64,000 nt of DNA, from NCBI GenBank assembly GCA_964106645.2, contig OZ067040.1; one strand, 5' to 3'. The translations under genes were made by a program, and so were the position numbers. The stretch comes from Podarcis pityusensis (taxonomy: Eukaryota). Below, piece by piece: positions 13,621 through 24,648 of the stretch; the stretch's first letter is position 1; each line of letters opens with the position of its first letter. The notes beneath the pieces were generated by a model that did not search any database, was not told the origin of the DNA, and worked only from the letters and a program-made list of their open reading frames with translations.

Positions 13621-16108
13621 GGAGAGGGTGATTGCTGAGTCTCCCGCTTTGACCAGTAGACCAGTAGAGCGCTTTGACCTGGGCCTGACTCTGCAAGGAG
13701 CAGAGTGAAATCCACCCCAGTGCCTAGCCGAGTGGAGTTGTCTGGTGCTGCTGACTTCCATCTACTAAATAACTAAGTGTCTTCTCAGAAGAAAGCCGCA
13801 CTGAGTTGAGTGGGCCTTACTCCCAGGTCTATGGGACTATAGTGTTTTATCTAGGCAAGGCTCCTCCGGATGACAAGATCTTTTTGCACCAGGCCAGTGA
13901 GGAGCACTTGCTGTTAAAAATTCTCCCATATATACAAAACTCCCTGTGCACCTTTCGGACTGTATCTGTAGGTTTGTGTCAAATAACTAGAGTAAAAAAG
14001 GTGTTGTTTACTTCTTATAATACATGGAAGATGGATCTCCCTCGGGATGTTCAATCTGGACTATCCTTCCTTGAAGGTTTCTAAGCAGAGGCTGGACGGC
14101 CATCTGTCATGGATGCTTTAGTTGAATTTCTTACATTGCAGGGGGTGGAACTAGAAAGATGACAATTGGGGTTCCTTCCAGCCCTGTGATTCTATGCTTT
14201 TTTCTGCTTCAACAATATTTCATTATGTTCCTATTATTTTATGTAATTGTATTTTGTATAAATTATAAAAATTATAAATAAAACATGTTCTATTTCCAAA
14301 CAAAACATTTAAACAGCTACCTTTCTACTGGTACGGCGTGGGTGGGGTGTGGGCATAGCCAAGATTTTGTTAGCGGGGCCGGCTTTTGTTAGGGGGGGGC
14401 AGAACCTCAGATTTGTATTGATTTTTACTACGCCCATGGGGGGAGCCACAGGAAGGAAACAAGGTTGGGAGGGGGCCACAGTCGGGAAAAGGTTGGTAAA
14501 CACTGATGTGGGCAGCCTGATTATTTAAACCGTAATTCATTGAATGCTCACTAGCATTTGCTATTTAAGTGAATGCCTAAATGTGTTTTGTTTTGTTTTT
14601 TGCTTGTGCCTATAAAATTGGATGTAAAAAACAAATGAACAAACAAAACCTATCAGTGGATTGTGGTACCAATCTCCAGCACAAAACTCTAAATACAATA
14701 ATAATAAAAAAAAACAGTGGCTCCAGCAACAAAGGAAAATAGCCTGCTATTTGGAAAGAAAAAGCTGTACTGTAGACATGCTGCTCTCTCTGTGTAGTGC
14801 AGTTTCAATGGAAGCAGGTGCTGCTTTTCTTTGGGCCCCTTGTCAGTGGTCCTTATCTCACCCTTCCCTTTACTGTGCTATTGCTCCCATAGAACAAATT
14901 CCCCTAAGGGCCTACTGGTTTATTGACCAGAAACTTAACCTGTCTGCTTCACAACTGTGTGTGGCAAGTGCTCTCTTGCTTTTCCAGCAAATTGCATCAA
15001 ATATATCAGGCTGAGTATTTGTTTATTAATAATAGCGAGAAGAATTCCTTTTCCAAAAGTTCAGATATATGGGAAATGTTCAAAGATTAAATGGAAGAAT
15101 GAGTGACAAAAGTGAAATGAAATGAAGTGAAATGCAACAAGACTTGCAGTCTGGATGCATGCTGAAATGAACAATTTCAAATACTGGGATGTGCCAGAAT
15201 TATCTAGCGCCAGCAATATCGCAGGCATTGAAGACTCTATCCCTATTTGCTAGGCTCTCCAGCCCTGACTCTGTCTCAGAGGCTTCCCATTAATGTTGTG
15301 GAATTCATCTGAGAAAACCGGCTTTCTGCCTTTGATAAAAATAGCCAGATCAGTGTCTCTCCTTTAGACAAATTGTCAGTTGAAAACCTTTTAAGAAACC
15401 ATCTTGCTGTGAAATACGCTTTTATTATTTGAAATAAAGGACCCAGACAAATGCCAGAGCTGATAATACAAAGTGCCCACTCAGTTCTGTGTCAACACAG
15501 ATCATTTTTACACAACAATAACAGACAACACAGAGTGTGGTGGTGGTGGGGGGAGATGGAGAAGGCCTAGATAGAGAAACAAATGGTTGATGAGAAACAT
15601 GAATCTTAGAAACTAGAACACTGGAGAGAGGTGGGTTGTTTTTTTCTCATTGACCCCTCCTCTCCCAGTCACATAATAAATAAAATCCCCAGAGCTGGTG
15701 GTGTAGGAAGACTCATAGATATTGATGCATGCTACCATACCTACTGGCTAGTAGAAGCTCATTTCAGATGGAGGAAAGTGTTTGAGGAGGGTTGTGCATT
15801 GGGAATCAAGACTGCTGTGAATAATGCAGAATAACATGTTGTAATACACAGTTAGTGACTCACATTTGCATGCATGAAGCACAGATTGTCGGTGGTGTTG
15901 GAGCTTAGCAGGCTCCCTGCAACCTTTTGTTTCCTCCCTCCCATTATCCCCTGCCCTTTCTCTTTGTGCTTCCCGGAACAAGCAAGAAGCCATGTGGCCA
16001 TGCATGGGTCCCAGCAAGTGAACTGAATCTCTCAAAAATGATATTTTAAAGTCTGCCTCTTTGCTAACCTGATGTTTGGAAGCTTTTTCATCTTTGTTTT
16101 ACTGCCAG

Positions 16109-16146
16109 AAGACAGTGACTTGTTTGCTGTAACTTCTGGAAACTCT
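16109..16146 (+). other. Candidate 38-nt exon
   Basis: Branch-like gctaac, acceptor tttttcatctttgttttactgccag, donor gtaagt. Confidence 0.4.
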
Positions 16147-17522
16147 GTAAGTAAAAACATTCCCTTATATTTGAAAAGCTAAGTGTCTGTGATTTATTCT
16201 AGCCTAGGTATTTTTGTGGGGAATGTTTGCTCAAAGGTGGATAAGCGCAGATGTAATACTAACGAAGTTTTAATGTGCTTGGATATAGTGTTTCTTAATC
16301 ATACAAATATAGCAGATTATGGCTGTTCACCACCCTCTGCATATGCTCGACTGTGGACTTACTGATCTGCTCCTCCTGCTTCTATCCAGTAAACAGACAA
16401 AATTTGGGGGCAAATGATAAAGATACTGTACTGGAAAGCTTCATTCCTAGTCTTTCCTTGGAACCAATATGTACCTTTATTCTCAAGGATGCTATACATA
16501 TTACTCTGTAATCTTGGAAACCGTAATAAGTAAAGCACGTTGTGTGTTCTGCTCTTGTATTTCTTTCCCACTTTAAATCTGATAAAGAAATATATGCCAA
16601 AAAAACCACCCAGTAGAAAAACAGTGTGGCAATCACATATATGATGCAGATGGCATGCAGCATCAGCTAAGAGGCGGAACAATGGTGTTATTATAGAAGA
16701 TGTTAGCCTGCCCAACCAAGGACTTTTAGAAGAGATTTTAATATAGCTCAAGATAACAGGCCACAAATTAATGTCAGCTTTGGGTTTGGCCCCAAAGGTC
16801 TATATCAGTGGTTCTCAACCTGTCAGTCCCCAGATGTTGTTGGACTACAACTCCCATCATCCCTGAGCTCTGGCCTTGTTAGCTAGGGGTGATGGGAGTT
16901 GTAGTTCAACAACATCTGGGGATGCAAACAATTAATGGCTCATGATCATCAGAATGGGGATGTGCCTAAAAGATCATACCAAGACCTCATTCCTATGGGC
17001 AGTGGTTGCTATCTAAGTACTCTGCAATAAAAAAACTTTGATAAGCAAACCCTTAGGACTAGTTTGTACATGAAAACTATCACTTCATGACTGCTGCATA
17101 AAGTGATAGTCTCTGAAAGTTCCTTTACACATGCAGGTCATAGCAGAGCCCCTCATACCTAGCCCAGTTGGGCTCTGGCCGAAACATGCTACATATTTCC
17201 CTGAAGCCATAACCCTATGGAGCATTATTGTTATGACCATTAGAAAGCAGTTGTTGAAACTAGTCAACTTGTGCCCTAAGCTGTGTTGGCAGATCAAGGC
17301 AATTCCTTTAAATTAATATGTGTTGGTTCATATGCTGTTAATATGATAAATATATTTTTTTAATTACATGCTGTTTTAAGAGAAAAGGGAAAGACGTATA
17401 ATTATTTAGCTCATTAATTAAACAACCTTTCCCTGTAATGAAACTTAACAGCAGTCTATACAATGCACAATAACTTGAAATATACCATTAGACAATATCC
17501 TCCCTTTTTGTATACTTTTTAG

Positions 17523-17570
17523 CAAACTTTCAAAACCAGTTATTGACCAGGTTTTCTTAATTCAATGAAG
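17523..17570 (+). other. Candidate 48-nt exon (stops in all frames; ends ATGAAG|gtaagt)
   Basis: Acceptor tttttgtatacttttttag and consensus donor AAG|gtaagt. Confidence 0.4.
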
Positions 17571-18684
17571 GTAAGTTTTTAGAGCTGCAATTTTTGCACA
17601 ATTGATTTCTTTTTCCTGGAGGGGATTAGATCTAGTGAAAGCTTCCATGTGGAGGGCAGAGATAGGGAACATTTGGCCCTCCATATGCTGTCAAACCACA
17701 ACTCCAATCAGTCACATCTAGCATGGTTCAATAGGCAGGGTTGATGGGACTTGTAGTCCAACAATATCTGAAGAACTAAAGGTTCCCCAGTCCTGGTGTA
17801 GGGAGACAATTTTCATCAATTCCTCCTGTGTTACTGCCTATGTTGTCCTGGAGGGTCTCCAAATTCAGAGCAGATATCTGGGGAAGCAGAGGGCTTCAGG
17901 GGGATTGGTGGGGGAGAGGGAGGCACCCATTCCATGAACAGAACTCCATGCCCCATGGGGCAAGTTAAATTTGGACTTTTCACACCACCATATTTGGCAT
18001 ATGTGCCCTTAACGCTATGTAACAGTAAAGGATTCTTGTGTTGGCATCCAACAACTAGAAGTGGATAAACACCAAGTGATAAATGGGACTCTAAAGGTGT
18101 CTGGGTTTTTCCCTCTACAGTTTCCCCATTGACTTAAGTGGAGCAATTCAACATTGTCAAAGTGCAAACTGCAAGGGGAGGCTTTTACATTGTATGAAGT
18201 TAATACAAAGCCTGGTTTGAGATTCCACATCCAAAAGCTAGATAGTTTCACTGAAATTCTTTGGTCCAGAAATAGGACAGAGAATCTCATGAGGACAGCT
18301 TCACTCATGAAATATTCACAACCTTCTTGTTTCTGATGCAAGCTGCCTACTAATGGAGCAGCATCCTCAGGGTCTGTACCCCCAATGTGCACACAGGAGA
18401 CCTATTGCAGAGAGGCTGGAGCTAGCAGTGGGACAGGGAAGGCAGCAGCATCCTTCAGAGCTTCTTGCCACAGCTCACCAACTTAACAAACTTTAAATGT
18501 CTCAGTGAGTGCCCCAGTACCTATAACTCAGCGACCCTTACACCAGACAAGGAAGTCAGTGGTGCGAATGGCAGCTGTCCCAATGAGCTCACACCTAACC
18601 AGCGGAGCAAACAGCTTCAATCTTCCTAAAGAGATCCTCACTTGACACAGCTTGGCGCAGCCACAGTCACCATCACCAGCATTG

Positions 18685-19033
18685 GTGATGCGGGTGGCAC
18701 TGTGGGTTAAACCACAGAGCCTAGGGCTTGCCGATCAGAAGGCCGGCGGTTCGAATCCCCGTGACAGGGTGAGCTCCTGTTGCTCGGTCCCTGCTCCTGC
18801 CAACCTAGCAGTTCGAAAGCACGAAGTGCAAGTAGATAACTAGGTACCGCTCCAGCAGGAAGATAAACCGTGTTTCCGTGCGCTGCTCTGGTTCGCCAGA
18901 AGCGGCTTAGTCATGCTGGCCACATGACCTGGAAGCTGTACACCGGCTCCCTCGGCCAATAAAGCAAGATGAGCGCCGCAACCCCAGAGTTGGTCACGAC
19001 TGGACCTAATGGTCAGGGGTCCCTTTGCCTTTA
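18685..19033 (+). mobile_element. Sauria SINE, full length
   Basis: tRNA-like head (gcgggtggcactgtgggttaaacc...ggttcgaatccc), body gagctcctgttgctcggtccctgctcctgccaacctagcagttcgaaagcac, CCTTT-type tail. Confidence 0.92.
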
Positions 19034-19821
19034 TGCAATCACAACCGCATCAACTATTTCTGCGCCACACATGCAATGCGTGGTGTCTCCCAAGGCTCTG
19101 TGGACACTGTAGTTTTGGGAAGGTGCTAAGAACTTCCTGCTCGAGAGCGCTCCGTGCAGGGCAAACCATGGTTTCACTGCTTTAACTTCACAAAGCGCTC
19201 GTGCCCTTTAAAAGACCTATGTGGCAGGCTATTCATTCTCTAGACAGTCACATAGATTACAAGGGGATAAAAGCTGCCATCTGCTTTCTGGTTGCTGAAG
19301 AAGAGCCAAGGGGGAGCCACAAATGGGAATACAGTGCAAACACTTTTGAGTGCCCTGCCAAGCAGAGGTCATGGCTGGCAGGCAACCCTAATTTGAACTC
19401 AAAGCAGCAGCACTGAGCTGGAAAGCTTCCAGCTGCTACCACAAGGAGCCAAATACAAAGCAAATACACATTGCCTTGGAGCAATGGGAAAATCTCGCAG
19501 TTTGATGTCATATATAGGCCAGCTACTAGGCATGGGGCTGTGTTGATTGTAGAGGGGTTGCAGCAATATGTTAGTAAGAGATAGTCAAAGAATGGTATCA
19601 AGGATAGGAATGGATGAAACATCAATGTGGATGAGGTGAGGTGAGATGGTTCAAAAAAAGAAACAAAGCAAGAGAGAACAACAAAGAGTCTTCCAGCATC
19701 TTAAAGCAGCTACAAGTGTTTTGGACTACAACTCCCATCAGCCCCAGCAAGCATTGCCAATGGTCAAGGATGATGGGATTTGTAGTCCAACAACATCAGG
19801 AGGGCACTGTGCTGTCTACCT

Positions 19822-19893
19822 TTGCCTTAAAGATTAACAACTTTATAACTGTATAAGCTTTCATGGACTACAGTCTACTTCATCAGATGAAGT
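19822..19893 (-). mobile_element. Penelope-like element terminal-repeat remnant with a decayed minimal hammerhead ribozyme motif
   Basis: Minus strand cat-CTGATGA-agtagactgtagtccat-GAAA-gcttat...ttgttaatctttaagg. Confidence 0.7.
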
Positions 19894-22660
19894 GTTTTTC
19901 TGAGTTATCAATACATATATACTTGGTTGTATATATGTAGGTGAGAAAAGAAGTACGGATAGGGGCAAGCATTTGAAAATGAGGAGGGGGAAATGCTTTA
20001 AAGATCAAGTGAGACCAATTTCATGTCGGTCCAGATTCAAGACAACCTGGACCAATCTCTCCCCCCCCCCATCCTTACTAAGTCAGTTAGCACCCCTAAA
20101 GGTCTGCTCCTTGACAGTTCATCAGCTGACTCCTATCATGAAAAACCTGAGCCACTCCCCCAAGGTAGAGACTTCCTTACATAATAAACAGGAAGCAGGC
20201 TGCCAATGGAATCCCAAGAGACCGATACAATATTTATTTATTACATTTCTAAACTGCCTTTGCTTCAAGAAGCTCACAGCAACCCTGTAAGGGTAGGTTA
20301 GGCTAAGACTAGAGTTGGAGTCCAGCAACATTTGGAGGGCCACCAGTCCCCCATTCCTGCTCTAGCCCTGCACCCCAGCACAGAAGAGGTAGAGGTGGAA
20401 AGACAAGGCAGAGACTGAGAATATATATTCTATCTCGGTGGGAGAATGCTCCAGAGACAGACACAAATGAGCAAAAGGGGAGATGAGTAGCATCTTCCAA
20501 GCCCTCTGAAATATCTGGTGTGGCAGCAGAAGAACAGCTGGAGAAACCAAGGAACTGGGGAGGGCTGTGAATGACATTAACATGCTATATAGGTCTGCCC
20601 CCTGGCCTCTCTGGGACTAGATCCAGATCTGTCAGACTCTCAAGCTTCAAGCAAGACAGATAGCCAATCTCTTGTGCCCTGACTCCCTCCCTCCCTATCC
20701 CCCGCTCTCCATTTTTGATTTATTAGTGAAAGCAAAATGTCTGTATTGCCCAGTGTGGGTTCACACATACCACCCAAATGCCAGAGTAAAAGTTCTTACA
20801 GAACTGCTGTTCCTGAAACGATCTGGGTTAACTCCCTCTGTCTGTTCTATTGCCCAGGGGCCTGATGTCCAAACCACTGTATCTCAGTATAATCACAGGA
20901 TAGGCTAGCTCAGGGATGCGGAACTTTTGTCGCTCCAGATGTTGCTGAACAATAACTCTCATCATTCCTGACCATTGGCTGGCAGGGGCTGATGGGAGTT
21001 AGAATCCAACAACATTTGGAGGTTGGGATAACTGGTTCGCAATCTATGGGCTATATAAAATGAAATAAGCGCATTAGAAGCATCTTGGGATTAGTGGGAT
21101 ACAAATGTGCCAAATCAAGAAAATGAAATCAAGGAAAGAAAAGGTAAGCAGGATGAAAATTATATCTTTTTTTTTATCCATGTGGGGTCTGAGAATAGAG
21201 CACTGGATACCACAGGAAATTAACTCTACGGCTTTAAAGAAAAGACACCTTTAAAATCTCATTAGATGTTTTGTTTAAGGTCTAACCCATTTAGGAATGG
21301 TAAAACCTAACTATAATATCATGTTGCCTGTCCACCAAATCATATTAGACTGCAGCAGTGGGATCTACAGTCTACTTTTCCCTTGCTGTTCCTGCTTCTT
21401 AGGAGTTGGCTTTTTTTCCTCTGTCTTTTAAGCACACTTTGTCAGGGGCTATTGTTCGTTCTAATTTTAGACTCTTCATTTGTCTTGGAATGGTCAAGAG
21501 ATTTCTTTGAAGGGATGACAAGGAGCAAAAAGGTCAAAGTTTTTTGTTTTTTTTTACTGAGGCTCATTGTGGACAGTGAACTGGCCAAAATTAAAGAAAC
21601 AGACTCCTAATGTATAAGAAGAATAAAATCTGAAGACTTTCTTTCTGTCAAACACCTGCTAATTTATCTTATTGTGGTGGCACCTAGAGACTTCGAATGT
21701 AATATAGAAACAAAATTTGCAAGCTTGCACCATGAAGGCATTTTATGTAAAAGTTTATATCACTGTTGTAGTGTTTAGCAAATGCACACAGAGTAAAGGA
21801 AAGCATTTCTAGTCTTTTGAAGAACAAAAAACGGTCGTGCCAAAGAACAGCTGACCTTATTAGTATTTAGATTTGAAGCTGATCCTATCACCAAAGGCAC
21901 AGGGAGGTTAACACATGCTAAACAGGCAGAACAATAATCAAGTGGCCTGCCAAGACGTTCTTTTCAGGTGGTCTGAGGTGGGGTGGGGACAGTTTGGGAA
22001 CCAGTGCTGTATAGTGCTTCCAAATTCCCCATGAATTTCACCTTGCGTCCATAACAAATGAAAACCTTATAAGGAAGTCCCACAAAATAGTCTTTAAAAT
22101 GCCCCACTAAGAATTATTGAATTATCTAATAGCCAGAACTGGGAAGTGGGTCCTTAGCCAGGAAAAAAAATGCTTCCTAGATACTTTTGTGGGGAGGGGA
22201 GAGGATGGCATTGAGAATCTTGCTTGCCAGCTGTTAATGGATGGGATTGAATTACACTATGCATGCTAATGAGCCTATTATGAAGCACACTTCATCATGT
22301 GACAGAGGTGTATTTAATGGTGTTGAAAGGTTTCCAGAGTAGATTTTAAAAGACCCTAATAGTGCAATGAAGACTCCATTACCGTATTTATTAATTGCAA
22401 TGTATCTAAGTCTTACCCTTGCAGATTTAGGAATGAGTTATCCAGAGCTCCCAATGAAAGGATGTAGCAATTAGGTATTAGGTGTTTATCACACACACAC
22501 ACCTCGCAGTCAGTGATGTAGTAAAATTTTGAGGTGCAGAAGGTCATTGTGATAGCACCCATAGTCGTGCCCTCAGGGGAAGTCCAAAAGGCAGGGAGGT
22601 ACAGTGTGTACAGACATGCATACCCACATACATGCAATCACATGTATACATACACACACA

Positions 22661-22705
22661 CAGTACAGTACAGTACAGTACAGTACAGTACAGTACAGTA
22701 CAGTA
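22661..22705. repeat. (CAGTA)9 microsatellite
   Basis: Read directly from the sequence. Confidence 0.95.
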
Positions 22706-22946
22706 CTGTGGAGCCTTGGTTGTTGAACACCTTAGTTGACGAACATATTGGTTCCTGAATGCCGAAAACCTGGAAATAAGTGTTCCAGTTTTCGAATGTT
22801 TTTCAGAAGATGAATATCCAATGCAGCTGTCAGCTAGTGTTTCTGGGGCACCTGTGTCAATCGGAAGCCGTGCCTTGGTTTTCTAATGTTTCAGAAGTCA
22901 AACAGACTTCCGGAACGGATTACGTTCGAGAACCAAGGTACCAATG
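22706..22946. mobile_element. Older Tc1/mariner MITE
   Basis: Degenerate TIRs ctgtggagccttggtt / aaccaaggtaccaatg, TA flanks. Confidence 0.75.
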
Positions 22947-24536
22947 TAGTGGTTTGTGAGGTGGGGCAGCAGTGCATACCTGATTCACACACACCACTCA
23001 CTGGTATCACTGTAGCTTACAGGGAGGGCTAAGTGTCAGCAGGGTCAGTGTGGTGCAAACACACTGCTGGAGCCAATTTGACTCTCACACTGTTTTGTTT
23101 GCACCATGCTGACCTTACTGCTACCTCGTCTCTCTCCCCCTCTTCCTCCTTGTGAGCTGCAGTGGTGCCCAAGGCAGGAGGCCAGGCAAGCGCCACTTCA
23201 TTGCACCACCAACCACATAGAGCAGAGCAGCAATACATAGCATATTACTCAATTTATTAAGATCAGCCGACAGTAATAGAATATGACTTCCCCCATGCTA
23301 ATCCGTCACAAGCAATAATAAATCTTAGTTTAATACAAGTCTTACATTAAAGGCCACATACTGTGAGACAGAAAGATGCTCACGAGCAAGCCACAGAGAA
23401 TAACAATATCAAAGTTGGTGTCCAAACAGTCGAAGTGCCTTATGTTCTGTTAGGAGGGGGGGAGAACATGGCTATCCCAGGCCTGCAAGCACTGCTGGAA
23501 GGCCAGAAAGCTGCAGAGGCGCCTGTGCCTTTATGGACCTTTCCTGGTGTAACTCATGGAAATTCTGATTTGTTTCATGGGGAGAAATGATAAGCTTCTT
23601 GTTGTTTGTCAGGTGTGACGGGAGAAGCACATAAACCCACAAATAAAGCCATTTGTACTGCTAAATGAGTCTTGAGCATCATGGGTTTTCAACAAAATAT
23701 AAATAATAGAAATTAATTTGTCAGCCTGGGTTTGGGACTCAGCCTGCTCTGTGCCGGACTGCTGAGGGAAGCTGGTTGAAATAATTATTCTAGACTTAAG
23801 CAATCATTCTTTTTATTTCTGAAGGCTAATGGAGTGAAAACACAGCTTTCCATACCTTTGGTAATGACAGAGTTAGAAATAATGATTGGGGACCCTTATG
23901 TTCCTCTCATAATGAGGAAAGCAACATGAAATGATAGGGATTTTGAGCCCTGAACAACTGCTTGCTCTTTATTTCAAAGACAAATGGAGCATTCAGACCA
24001 GTTCTTTAGGTTAATGGAGCTACAAATAGGGTTTGGAGGCATGGATTTTTCATAGATAATGCGGCAAGGGGCAGATATCCTCTCAGGTTCGGGACAGAAC
24101 TATTTACAGATGCTGAGGCTTCTGTGGACCAGAGAGCTCCAGGTAATACAACTTGAGGAAATGGGGGGAAAACCATAACATATTGCTCACTTCCTTTGCG
24201 TGTACACTACCACCATAATATTGTGCAATTTTGTGTTAAGCAGAACAAATGATACCAATTACTGCTAATTACGCAAAATCTATTAGATTAATTTGATCAA
24301 ATAAATCTATCAAAAATGATTTATTACAAACTTTCTTTGCTATCTTCAGAAGTGGTGCATATGCAGTGTTGCGCACATTTGTTTAAAGTATTTTTTTAGA
24401 AATGTGCCCAACTTTTAAACTGAGAGATCCAAAACAGTTTCCAAAGCAACATAATTTTTTAATAAGTATCCATAGGAATCCAAAAGGATTAATAAAGAGC
24501 AGATACCAAAATACTATGAGGTGGTAACACTTAAAA

Positions 24537-24648
24537 CTCAGTCGGTAGAGTATGAGGCTCTTAATGTCCGGGTCGTGGGTTCTAGCCCACACTGGGCAAA
24601 AGATTCCTGCATTTCAGGGGGCTGGACTCTGTGCTTCTGTGATTCTAC
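24537..24648 (+). mobile_element. tRNA-Lys(CTT)-derived SINE with a CR1-type 3' tail
   Basis: ctcagtcggtagagtatgaggctcttaatgtccgggtcgtgggttctagcccacactgggc resembles vertebrate tRNA-Lys-CTT, followed by aaaagattcctgc...gggggctggact...tgattcta. Confidence 0.8.

Noticed and set aside
17544-17546. In-frame TGA as selenocysteine or readthrough
   Set aside because: No Cys-homologue context or SECIS; an ordinary stop or non-coding exon is simpler.
22504-22572. Minus-strand 69-nt exon (GTTMGAITMTFCTSKFYYITDCE)
   Set aside because: Weak GAG acceptor, donor formed by a (GT)n run, and no recognisable peptide.
24537-24597. Functional tRNA-Lys gene
   Set aside because: The 5' acceptor strand is missing, the stems and B box are mutated, and it runs into a CR1-type tail, so it is a SINE.
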